Virus record (IMG/VR): IMGVR_UViG_3300020274_000001
Coordinates: 1 to 64,000 of that record
DNA from: a virus
Length of the DNA: 64,000 bases
Reading direction: 5' to 3' (one strand)
A program made the translations under genes and the position numbers. The notes below the pieces were generated by a model. The model ran no database searches. It was not told the DNA's origin and saw nothing but the letters and a program-made list of their open reading frames with translations. How positions within the stretch are numbered: the first letter of the stretch is position 1; every line of letters starts with the position of its first letter. Shown in pieces: positions 31,172-41,500 of this stretch.

Positions 31172-31317
31172 TCTTTATCCCTTTGCTCTGGATATCTGCA
31201 AGTATGCCGGAAGAATGCCAATGCGAAGCACCTTGCCCAAGACACAGTGGGTGTCACCCTACCTCTTGTTCTCGTTGTGAGAAGATAATTGAGTATTAGG
31301 CCAGAAAATTCCAGTTA

Positions 31318-31566
31318 TCGACGTTTTACCCCCTACTAATAGGTGGTATTACTCCGAGGGTAACATAGTATACCTCAAACGTAGTTACCCTCGTTGGAGG
31401 AGAATTCATAACCTATATGTTTGTGGCTTGATTTGGGTCGGGGAGCACCTATCAACCTCTTTCATACTTTAGGCATTTTCACCTTTTGGTATTTTCCTCA
31501 TCTCTCCGACCCATCTCCTGTCAATTCTGGTAGGTTTCGACGTTATACCCCCTATTGGAAGGGGTG
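31318..31566. repeat. direct and inverted repeats upstream of the serine recombinase (candidate res/att site)
   Basis: TCGACGTTWTACCCCCTA at about 31318 and 31537; inverted CGAGGGTAAC/GTTACCCTCG at about 31355-31393. Confidence 0.55.
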
Positions 31567-31635
31567 TTTTTGGACATATGGCGTGAATTAGAGGCCCCCT
31601 AAACACTTATGCCCTTTATTCACGTGCGGAGATAC

Positions 31636-32499
31636 ATGAGACGAGCCTCGATGAGCGGCAAGAAATGTGTGATTTATTGTCGGACTTCTACCGACAAGCA
31701 AGAAACCGGACTCGACACCCAATATTTCGACTGTCGAACCCAAGTCAGTAGGATTGGGCTTGAATTATTGATTCCTACTATGGAGGAAACTACGGTTGAG
31801 GGAGACTACGATTTCCTCGGATACACCAGCATGCCGGGTGGATTTTTTGATGAGGGTCAGTCGGGAGGACTCGACCCTATGGAGAGACCCGGGTTTTCTA
31901 CCATGATGAATTATGTTAGAGACCAAGAAATTGAATTAATTGTCATGTATCACAACGACCGTCTCGCTCGTGATGTCGAGTTGACTTTGAGGGTGGTCAG
32001 AGAGTGTAAGCAAGAAGGAATTGAATTCCTATTTGGCAACCTTCCAGACATCAATATCGATACACCAGAAGGTAAAATGCTCCTTACGCAGATGTCTTCT
32101 GTGGGTGAATATTTCCGTAATGACGGTAAGAGAAAGACCCGAGCAGGTATGGCCAGATTGAAGGCTGAAGGTCGTTGGCTCGGAGCAACTCCATACGGAT
32201 TTTATGCCATTACTAAGCATGAAGACGAAGACAATTATGGGCTACTTCTTTACGACTTTGCAGAGTTAGATGCGCTGGTAAAATTGTTCCGTCACTTTAC
32301 TACTTCTCGGCCACCATCATATTCCGCAACAGCCAAGTATTTGAATGAACAAGGGATACCTACACGCAGGGGGGGCCAATGGTCCAGAAAGCATGTTCAA
32401 AAGTTACTAACGCACGCTGTGATGCGGCGTTACAGAGATGAATTGGGCCGCAAATACGGCGAATATTTTCCAGATGGAATTGTGGAAGAGGAGGAATGA
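31636..32499 (+). CDS. serine recombinase (resolvase plus recombinase domain)
   Basis: IYCRTSTDKQ (catalytic Ser), SGG..ERPGF, DRLARD, GRWLGATPYGF, LNEQGIPTRRGGQWS. Confidence 0.92.
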   Translation: MRRASMSGKKCVIYCRTSTDKQETGLDTQYFDCRTQVSRIGLELLIPTMEETTVEGDYDFLGYTSMPGGFFDEGQSGGLDPMERPGFSTMMNYVRDQEIELIVMYHNDRLARDVELTLRVVRECKQEGIEFLFGNLPDINIDTPEGKMLLTQMSSVGEYFRNDGKRKTRAGMARLKAEGRWLGATPYGFYAITKHEDEDNYGLLLYDFAELDALVKLFRHFTTSRPPSYSATAKYLNEQGIPTRRGGQWSRKHVQKLLTHAVMRRYRDELGRKYGEYFPDGIVEEEE

Positions 32500-32702
32500 A
32501 AATGCCAGTAAAATTGAATGAAGGAGAGATGAGAGAAGCAGAATGGTGGTGTAGACACCACAAGGATAACGTGGCATACTTGTGCGTAGTCTTGCGCAGA
32601 ATAATGAGGGCGCATGAAGAAAATGATGCAGAAGATATGGCAGTAAACATCAGAATGATGCAAGCGCAATTGCCTGCTTTTGAAGAAATATCGAGGTCGT
32701 GA
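32496..32702 (+). CDS. hypothetical protein
   Basis: ATGA overlap; RBS GAGGAGG. Confidence 0.5.
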   Translation: MKMPVKLNEGEMREAEWWCRHHKDNVAYLCVVLRRIMRAHEENDAEDMAVNIRMMQAQLPAFEEISRS

Positions 32703-32703
32703 A

Positions 32704-33162
32704 ATGGGCGGAATCAAAGACGCTGTAAAGCGAGATTTAGTCCTGTGGAATGACATTGCGCAGAAGATATGGTTTAGCGTTACCCGTAATCAACCATCAG
32801 ATATCAAAGAGGCGTTGATGTTCGACATCACTACTCAAAAGATGGCAGAAGTAGCAACTCTCAAAGATGAAAAATTGATTCGTGCTTCGTTTGAAGCAAT
32901 GGTGGAGGTTGTAACTCGGCGGAAGAATCTTATCGAAATAATCACTTCGACCATCGGAGGTAAAGAAGAATTCTCTCGGATTGACCTCGATTGGGCACTA
33001 CGATACGGTGCGGAATTCTTTCCAGAAAGTGTAACAGATTGCTTTGAAAAAGAACGAAAAGAAGTATTCGAAAGGATGATGGATACCGGAATGAGGACCA
33101 GAGTCAAGTCAATAATTGACAATGTTGGCGAGGTTAACCTTGATAACCCATACGAAACATAG
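32704..33162 (+). CDS. hypothetical protein
   Basis: Operon packing; RBS GAGGT. Confidence 0.55.
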   Translation: MGGIKDAVKRDLVLWNDIAQKIWFSVTRNQPSDIKEALMFDITTQKMAEVATLKDEKLIRASFEAMVEVVTRRKNLIEIITSTIGGKEEFSRIDLDWALRYGAEFFPESVTDCFEKERKEVFERMMDTGMRTRVKSIIDNVGEVNLDNPYET

Positions 33163-33169
33163 TGGTAAC

Positions 33170-33598
33170 ATGGGCAAGACATACTATACCTATGAAGGAA
33201 AGAAAAAGACACTCGGAAAACTATCTGCAATGTTCAACGACCTCGTTCTCGTCGAAGATGAATGGGTTGCCGCAATCCAGAAACAATTCAACAAATCTGG
33301 ATATATGCACCTACTTGCATTCGTAAAGAAAGTGGTTCGCCACGAATTATCTGTTGACTTGACAGATGCACAAGCATGGTTGGTTCTTCACGACTTGACC
33401 AATGATGGCGTCCCAATGGCTCTCCGAGATGTTGAGTCAGACGAAGATGCGAACGCCGCTAAAATCCTAAAGAGTGCGGTTGCTGGTGTTGCTAACACTG
33501 TAATGGTGCCTTTTGAGGCCACTGCGCAGGCTTTCAAGAAAAAGAAAAGCACCGAAATCGATGAGGAACTCCCAACAGAAGAAACTGTTGAAGAGTGA
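33170..33598 (+). CDS. hypothetical protein
   Basis: Operon packing. Confidence 0.55.
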   Translation: MGKTYYTYEGKKKTLGKLSAMFNDLVLVEDEWVAAIQKQFNKSGYMHLLAFVKKVVRHELSVDLTDAQAWLVLHDLTNDGVPMALRDVESDEDANAAKILKSAVAGVANTVMVPFEATAQAFKKKKSTEIDEELPTEETVEE

Positions 33599-33654
33599 TT
33601 TGTTATAGGTTATTATCCGTAATCTCTATAACCATCTTATCTTTGGTTCTCGAC

Positions 33655-34242
33655 ATGCGAGCACGTGTTCCTATTGTCAAATATTTGTCAATGGTTTCTA
33701 AAGTGGAGCCTCACAAGAAGACTACACGGTTCTACTTGCAGATGTCAAACCACCCGATAGAAGCGGGGCATGTGCTGTTTGACGATAACCCTCGTGGCTC
33801 AAACAACATGCATGTTCTCACTACTTTACTCGACTACTTGAACGCTGGAAAGTCATGTCCTAAGTGTGGGTCAAAAGACTCGGCATTAAGCCAACATCGG
33901 GGCATCGATTACCACATTTGTTCAGAATGTAATAACCGGTGGATACCGTCTTCAAACTTACCGGATGACTTCATGGGAACCACCCCTGTCTATCGACCGA
34001 AGAAAGAGAAAGACGAGTTCAAAGGTGTAAGTGCTATTGAAGTCGGAGAAGCCGGGCTCTTAGAGGGATGGCACAAAAAGGACTCTGAATGCTACGCATG
34101 TCGTTGTCCTGTTCACAACGGACAAAGTGTCAACAGTATGGTAGTGTTCAATGACGGACACTTCTACTGCCACATGAATTGTGATGGTAAAGAGATATAC
34201 CGAGTGCTGAAAGAATTGAAGAAAGAAGGAGGAGTTGAGTAA
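33655..34242 (+). CDS. Zn-ribbon plus primase-type CHC2 zinc-binding domain protein
   Basis: CPKCG...CSEC and CRCPVH...SMVVF..GHFYCHMNC. Confidence 0.65.
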   Translation: MRARVPIVKYLSMVSKVEPHKKTTRFYLQMSNHPIEAGHVLFDDNPRGSNNMHVLTTLLDYLNAGKSCPKCGSKDSALSQHRGIDYHICSECNNRWIPSSNLPDDFMGTTPVYRPKKEKDEFKGVSAIEVGEAGLLEGWHKKDSECYACRCPVHNGQSVNSMVVFNDGHFYCHMNCDGKEIYRVLKELKKEGGVE

Positions 34243-34730
34243 TGGAAACAATATACATGACTGAATTAGAACACAAAGGAAACTTACGAATCGTGGTCGA
34301 GGTTCATACTTCTACCGATGGTTTTTCTAATTTAGAAAGCAGGAAACCGAGAATGATTCTAAGACCTGTCCGTAAAGAAAATGAAAACCCGAGAAATCTA
34401 CCAGAAAGAGAATTGCCTCGTAACTACAATGTAAGGGCAAGGTATCTTCGTGACGAAGAGAGTTATGATGTCAACTTCGACATTGACTCCACTAAGGCGT
34501 TTGAATGGTTTCGAATGGTCGAGAAGGATGAACACCCATACAGGGCCGCATATTACTTTACGAACATGTTCCTTGCCGCAGGACTGCCTGTCGGATTGCA
34601 ACTTACCAAGGCCAGCATCGACCAAATCAATTATTCGCTATCTTCGATAATCCAACACCAGAAGTGGATATCCGAAGGACATGTCGGAACAGAATACATG
34701 CACTACATGTTACCGGAGGACTTACTATGA
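34242..34730 (+). CDS. hypothetical protein
   Basis: TAATG coupling. Confidence 0.55.
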   Translation: METIYMTELEHKGNLRIVVEVHTSTDGFSNLESRKPRMILRPVRKENENPRNLPERELPRNYNVRARYLRDEESYDVNFDIDSTKAFEWFRMVEKDEHPYRAAYYFTNMFLAAGLPVGLQLTKASIDQINYSLSSIIQHQKWISEGHVGTEYMHYMLPEDLL

Positions 34731-35050
34731 AACTTTACGGCAATCATCTATTGCAACAAATGCGTCAAATGATGATGAGAGGCAAAGTGAATCCTAACGA
34801 GATGGCAAGATACAATGAAATTGTGCGAGTTGGAGACGCAGTTATCAACAGAAACACCAATACTATTGCCAGAGTCATCAGAAAAGACGAGGTAATTGCT
34901 GGAGCATACTTTAACATGGTTACCGTCTACGTCCTACAATATCCAGACAATACCACCCATCGATGGGGCTTCAATGATATGGCAGAATGCTGGAATCTAT
35001 GTCAACCACCAGCCATGGAGGAGTCAATGCTACCGGAGGAATTGAGATGA
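34727..35050 (+). CDS. hypothetical protein
   Basis: RBS GGAGG; shares a C-terminal MLPE(D/E)L with the upstream gene. Confidence 0.5.
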   Translation: MKLYGNHLLQQMRQMMMRGKVNPNEMARYNEIVRVGDAVINRNTNTIARVIRKDEVIAGAYFNMVTVYVLQYPDNTTHRWGFNDMAECWNLCQPPAMEESMLPEELR

Positions 35051-35156
35051 AAGAAACAGACGTCAAACTACTTGCAATGTTACTAATGAACACCATTTAC
35101 AATGACATTCGTATGATTGTCAGAGAGGAATTAGAGAGAGCAAAGGAGGAATAGAA

Positions 35157-38100
35157 ATGGTCACAATTATCAACAGTGTATTGAAGAACGGAGAAGATGT
35201 AGGTCTGATTTCTGTAAGATGGAGAGATGAAGACGGTAATCGACAAGAAGATGTGTTCCGTCACAATCCGTATGTCTACCTTGACCCTGCAAATGTCAAC
35301 CAATTGCAATCAACGAAAGAAGTGGTAGCAGGGACACCTCGTGCTTCATTCCCGCTTTCAGAGAAAGCATTTGCTCGCCGTCTGAAAGAGTGGCGTCGTA
35401 AGAAATCATACGACAATAGAGCCATCTGGGAACAGGGCGTAAAGATGGATGGAGTTGTCCATGTCGAAGAAGACCCCGACACTGTCACAAGAGATGGTGT
35501 CACTTTGACTCGTGTTGAATTCAGAGATGCACGCTCCCGTTCTGCTTTCCGTCGTGCCTATTCCGGTCTATCTGCTTCCAGAACCAAGCATGAGGAACAG
35601 TTCTGTATACGCCCTCCTATGGAGAAGGATTCTTTCGAATCGTTGTTTAACGACTCTCCTACACATACGCTATACTTTGACCTTGAATTACTCCAATATC
35701 ACGGTAATGGAGACTTCCCCAAATACACAGATATGCGTAATCCTCGGCACGATGTCCGCATAGGATTGAACAGTGCTGGGCTACAAGAGATGTCTCTGAT
35801 TGCAGTATACGCTGATTGGCTCGACCAATACCTTGTATGGGCACATCACCCTAACTTTGCCGAGTATGATACCGGTGCTTTACCGAGAGAGTATGCAGAT
35901 ATGGGAGAAGTCCGATACTTCAACGATGAGCGAGAGATGCTTGAGAATTTCGTGCAATGGATAGATATTATGGACCCAGACATGCTTGTAGCATGGAATG
36001 GTGACGGATACGATTTACCTATGCTACGCTACCGTCTTGAGGTAACAGGAGTCGGTGCTGACCGCATGTCTCCACGAGTGTCCTCTTCTAACGGTCAATT
36101 TACTACTACACCAGATTACCTGCCACCGTCTGACAATTGGACAGAGGAAGGAGAGCGTGTAATGAAGGGCAAATATGCCGCTTCCCGACAACCAATTCGT
36201 GGTAGGGCGAGTATTGACTTGCAACCTGCTTTCGTAGGTTGGTGGCGTTCTACCAAAGGACAAACACTTGGGTCGTATATATCGCTCGACAGGGCTACAA
36301 ATGACCTTCTCAAAGACTACATTAGTGTGGGTAAAGCAACAGACTTCAAGCCAGACTTTGACGACAAGACCTATGATACCTTCATTGAGGATTATATCTA
36401 CTATAACATAGTTGACGTAGCCGCTATGGTTGAAATCGAACGATATGCAAATGTCATCGAATTGCACCTTGCTATGCAGAATTTCTTGAAGGTTCCATTT
36501 GGCTCTACTTTCAACTCTACTCGCTTCTGTGGTGTCATGTTCAGTAAGGAGGCAGGGTTCCTTCCTGTCGACCCTGTATGGGATAATCAGCCCTATCAGA
36601 CCTATTGGGCATACGACCCCGAAACAGGAGAGCGTAGCGATACTGGAAACTTGCTTGACCCGAAGAACAAAGACGACGGTTTGGCGTATGAAGGTGCAGA
36701 AGTCGTGGACGTTCTATCCGAAGGTAACAAAGGATTACACTTCAATGTAGCCGCTTTCGACGCAAAGTCAATGTATCCATACAACATTGTGGGTAAGAAC
36801 ATCTGCTGGTTGACGGCATACAAGCCTCAAGAGGGCGACCCTAACGCCGTGTGGTTCGATATTCACTTGAGGAAAGGAAAGAAAGTGGTCGGTCGAGAAT
36901 CGATTGCTTTCCACCCAGCCGACAAGATGGAAGGCTCTTTGCCACGCATCGTATCTGTTGTCCTTGAGCGTCGTGCTCATTACAAGAAGGTGGCCAAGGA
37001 GTGCCGTCTTGCTGGTGACGACCTTGGTGCAAAGCAAGCCGATAACATGCAGAAGGCTGTGAAGGTTGTAGCCAATTCCTTCTATGGTGTTCTTGGTAAT
37101 GCTTGGGAATGGGGTCGAGATTCTCTTGACTTTGCTACATTCGGCCTTGCAGGTGCTACTACCAAATTCGGTAAGAAACAGGTTCAAAGTTGCCGTAAAT
37201 ATTGTGAGGACCTTGGTTACAAATCTATCTTCGGGCACACTGATTCTGTGTTCGTGAAGATGGGAGACGACAGGACTGTCGAGGACTGTATCGAGCAATG
37301 CCTAACCTTGGCCGATGACATCAGTGCCCACATCCAAAAAGACCTTGGTCACACAGGCGCAGAGTGGGAATTCGAGCAATTCATGGACCGATATTTCATT
37401 GCGAAAAAGAATCGGTATGCTGGTCGTATTGCATGGGTCGATGGTGAAATGGTTACCGATAAGCCGCTATCTCAACGACTGAAAGCGTCTGGATTTGAAT
37501 TGAAAGCCGCTAACACTTCCAAGGTTGTCCGAGATGTCCAATTGGAGACTCTGTCGTTGATGTTTGACGGTGCTGGTTTCAACGAGGTTGTTGATTTCTG
37601 CCGAGATAAATACGATACTGTGGCCTCTGGTAAAGTCCCTGTGGCTGAATTGGCTCCCCGTATGACAATCCAACAACATCTACCCCACCGATATCAGAAA
37701 ACTGGTTGGAATCGCTACTCTCCTTGTAGTTGTGGTGGATGCCCCATTATGGTCACTAAGGGGATGACAAAGGCCCAGAAGGGCGGACTTCGTAAGAATC
37801 GCAAGGATGACCTATGTTATACCATACAGGGTCCTCGTGGGTCAGACCACAGACGATACACCGTAGGTGAGCCTCTATGGAGACTAATGGATGAGCGTGC
37901 ATCTGCGGCGGCTTGGTTCAATGATTTCATTGCTAATGAGAATGAGCCTCCTATTGTCAAGGGTGAGTCGTTTTACTCCATACCTGTCCGAGATGGTCCC
38001 CATCCTGTCCCATACAGGAATAACAAGGTTCTGGGCCGTCAGTATGGCTTCATTGGTGTCCGTAGCATAGAACAAGCCGGGGCGTTCACTCCAGACTTTG

Positions 38101-38219
38101 AGGCTCTTGCCAATTCTACTGTTGTTGAGCCTCTCAAGAACGTGTTTGAAGGTATGCAGTGGGATATTGAAATCATCCGTGGTTTCAGACCTCCTACTCT
38201 CCAAGAATTTCTCTACTAA
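35157..38219 (+). CDS. polB: family B DNA polymerase (RNA-primed type)
   Basis: Exo YFDLE, WNGDGYDL, YNIVDV; polymerase FDAKSMYP, KVVANSFYG, GHTDS, KKNRYAG. Confidence 0.97.
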   Translation: MVTIINSVLKNGEDVGLISVRWRDEDGNRQEDVFRHNPYVYLDPANVNQLQSTKEVVAGTPRASFPLSEKAFARRLKEWRRKKSYDNRAIWEQGVKMDGVVHVEEDPDTVTRDGVTLTRVEFRDARSRSAFRRAYSGLSASRTKHEEQFCIRPPMEKDSFESLFNDSPTHTLYFDLELLQYHGNGDFPKYTDMRNPRHDVRIGLNSAGLQEMSLIAVYADWLDQYLVWAHHPNFAEYDTGALPREYADMGEVRYFNDEREMLENFVQWIDIMDPDMLVAWNGDGYDLPMLRYRLEVTGVGADRMSPRVSSSNGQFTTTPDYLPPSDNWTEEGERVMKGKYAASRQPIRGRASIDLQPAFVGWWRSTKGQTLGSYISLDRATNDLLKDYISVGKATDFKPDFDDKTYDTFIEDYIYYNIVDVAAMVEIERYANVIELHLAMQNFLKVPFGSTFNSTRFCGVMFSKEAGFLPVDPVWDNQPYQTYWAYDPETGERSDTGNLLDPKNKDDGLAYEGAEVVDVLSEGNKGLHFNVAAFDAKSMYPYNIVGKNICWLTAYKPQEGDPNAVWFDIHLRKGKKVVGRESIAFHPADKMEGSLPRIVSVVLERRAHYKKVAKECRLAGDDLGAKQADNMQKAVKVVANSFYGVLGNAWEWGRDSLDFATFGLAGATTKFGKKQVQSCRKYCEDLGYKSIFGHTDSVFVKMGDDRTVEDCIEQCLTLADDISAHIQKDLGHTGAEWEFEQFMDRYFIAKKNRYAGRIAWVDGEMVTDKPLSQRLKASGFELKAANTSKVVRDVQLETLSLMFDGAGFNEVVDFCRDKYDTVASGKVPVAELAPRMTIQQHLPHRYQKTGWNRYSPCSCGGCPIMVTKGMTKAQKGGLRKNRKDDLCYTIQGPRGSDHRRYTVGEPLWRLMDERASAAAWFNDFIANENEPPIVKGESFYSIPVRDGPHPVPYRNNKVLGRQYGFIGVRSIEQAGAFTPDFEALANSTVVEPLKNVFEGMQWDIEIIRGFRPPTLQEFLY

Positions 38220-38221
38220 AG

Positions 38222-38486
38222 CGCATACGTTAGGGGTTAAAAAAAATTAAAGTAGTTTTTTTCGGGGCACTGCGCCTATGAAAAAACGTTAATTGGAATT
38301 TAAGCCACCTAAGCAGGCTCTCTGTGATGCGAATTTTAGAGTTAGTGTGAAACATTAACGCATTCTATAATTTTTCAGACGTCGGAACCATGCTTATTGA
38401 TTGCAATAACGACTTGGAATATGTTCTAAGACACTTTTACTTTTTATCACCCGTCCCCCCGGAAATACGTGCCGCATACGTTAGGG
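38222..38486. repeat. AT-rich intergenic region bounded by a 14-nt direct repeat (candidate origin or regulatory site)
   Basis: CGCATACGTTAGGG at 38222 and 38473; A/T runs between. Confidence 0.5.
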
Positions 38487-38528
38487 TAATCTTGCTTTCG
38501 CTAAACCATGCGAGTAGCATGTCACTAC

Positions 38529-41500
38529 TCACTCGGTATACTTGAGTAACTCTTGACCGACCAACGGTGCTCTTCCTGCTATTGTTGAGCCTGTGACAGA
38601 GCGCATATCGGATACATTTCCAATCACTACTCCTCCTCGCAATTGCTTCTTCACGTCTTCCATAGCCATCGAATCGAAAGTATTGACGGAATTCGTCCCT
38701 ATGTTGCCAGAACCCGGACCTAAACCAATCAGTTTACCTTTAGCAGATATTGCTTCTGCGATAGTAGTGACATACCGGTAATCATAGTCACCTATTCCGC
38801 TTGAAGCATTCATCTGATAATTCAGTTGGTCCGCTACACAGGCTTGAGCGGCTTCTATTCCGAGGAACTTCTCTACTGTCTTAGGGTTGTCACACCATAT
38901 TGAGTCAACGTCAACATAATCTCCAAGTAATCGGACAAGGCCATCCCACACCTGTTCATGAGCAGAATCAATTTGCAAACCATACTTTCCATCTTTACGG
39001 GTGATGTATGTGGAACCTCCTTGTGGTAATCCGGATACTTGAACCAGAGAAATGTAGTCTCGCATGTTTAGCATTGCTCTGGCAGAAGTAGAATTCACCT
39101 TGATAACGAAGTTATCTCCTTCACCAATCTCTGCTCTCAACTCTCCGTCTGGTGAACTTTGCAGGTCACGGAAGACCCTTCTCACTTGTCTCATGGCAAA
39201 CTCAAGGTCGATGCTCTTATCTCGGGCCTTCTTTCTATCAACATAGAAGATACATAGCCCGTTCTCTACATCGTAGTCTACAACATCAAGTATGTCGCCA
39301 ATAAATTGAACTGAACACCAATCTGCAATACGGTCAGCGTCTTCCTCATTCCAATACTCTGGCTTCAGAGTGACGTAGGTAAACACCTGCTTACCCGGGT
39401 CGCTTTGGTCGGAACACTGGACAATTTGGTCAAGACGGTCCACAGATGTTCCCTGTCCTTTACCACCAGCGTGGAATGTTCTAAGTGAACCCTGTGTTGC
39501 CGGTTCTGCGAGACAACCTGCGGCGGTAGAACCGATTGCTTCTCCGGGCTTAACCTTGTTCTCTTCAATCCACCAGAGTAATTTGTCTACCATTGTTTTT
39601 ACCATGGGCTTCATGACCTCTCTTTTAGATAGAACATGTTTTACAGCCGAAATTAGTTTGTTAAGGTCGTGTTTCTTGGAAATTTCGTCTTCGAAGAACT
39701 CTATATGGGCACTTCCTTTAACACACTCGTCGCAATCCATCCCAAGTGGAACCTTGTGTTTACATGTAAAGTCGAAGAAATACGGTTGTAATTCTATGGT
39801 AAAGTCTTCGTCGGGCCCGCTAACAGTAAAGTCTTCTTTTACCTGTCCGTCTGGGAATCGGTGAACCATCTTAGCAGAGTATGGTCGGAACCCGTCTCCA
39901 CCGGCTCTGAAGGATATAACCGAGTTATCTTTCAAGTCTATGGTCTTTCCATCCTTATCTACCACAAGTGATTCTAATGCTCTCCTTACCCTGTTAGCGA
40001 GATAACCAGAGTCTTGTAGAGCACCAGATGAAGATTCCATGTCTGACCTTCTTCCGGCAACAGAAGCCATGAAGTATTCGTGTGGCTCCATTCCGGTGTA
40101 ATATGAGTTACGAGTATATCCATTGTGTATTGGGTGCTCTATATCGTATCCACTAAGAGGATAGTGAGAAAAGTTTCGTGGTAGAATCGTGGTATGTTGT
40201 ATTATTTCTTGAGGGGCCATTTCTCCATCTTCATTCTCTTGATAATTCTTGTATGAAGTCCACCCTTTACTTTGGAAGCCTCGCACTGGCAGAACTCCAG
40301 AAATCCTAACTTGTCCGTATGCCGCCCCCATCTGTTGGATGTTGAGTTCCTTACCTCTGCCCCCAGACCTAACTGCAATCTCCATAGCGTTGTCTGCACC
40401 AGCGATTTGAGATACTGCCATAGCGACACCATCTTCCCAAGGTGCCTGTGCTTCGTAAATGAGCATTTGACGGAACTGATATGGATTCTTATCGAGAATC
40501 TGTTGCTTCTCTGATTTAGAATAATCTGGAGAAAGCCATTTGTCACTATCCACATACCTCTGTAAGTTATAATTAGCGAAGTCGATATTTATCTGCTTGC
40601 ATACTTCGGAGGTTGTATCATAACCCGCTCGTATGTCTTCATAGTATTCCATAGGTAAACCACAATCTGCAACACCCATCGAATAACCTACTGCGTGATG
40701 TGCGGCAAATCCAAGACGGCACAACATATCGATGAATTTCTGCATCTGCTTACCGCCTTCTTCGTAACCAAAGCGATAATAGAACGCGGGAGCAATTGTT
40801 CCCTTTTCTTTACCTGCGAATGTCTTGTCAAGCGTTCCCGTAATCATCTCACCGTCAATGATTACCGTCGTGTCTTTTTCGGGCTTTCCTTTATCGTTGA
40901 GAACCATAGAGCCGTCTTCTTTGTAAAGTATACCAGACTTGAATTTAGCATTGATTCCATCTGGTAGTAGGAGACTTATGCACCGATATCCAGAATAGTA
41001 TTTGCCTTTGACATCGGGTTTACCAATGTCTTCGATATATTGGATACGAGCGTCTCCATCTGGTAGTAGGCTTCCGTCTTTGTGGTATACTTTACTGAAT
41101 AATTCAAGCATACTCTTCTTACTGAAATAAACTACGCCATCTGAATCGAAACCGACACCGATGGACTCGTTGAAAGTATTAGCCTTACTCTTATGCTTCA
41201 TTGTCAAGAGATAAACACCAGAAGTCTGGTCGTGGTCTGTTCCAATTACCAACTTACCCATACGGTGATGAAGCATATTGTCCCTCAACTGTAACTTATC
41301 TCTTATTTCGTTCATGGCCTCTTCAGACCCCGGAACATAGATGTTCATTTGGTCACCGTCATAATCTGCGTTAAATGGAACACAAATCGCAGGATTAAAC
41401 GATATCGAATGCTGGTCTAACGGAACTACTCTCAATCCATTCAATGATTGACGATGTAGGGAAGGCTGTCGGCCAAACAAAACATAATCTCCGGGCAATA

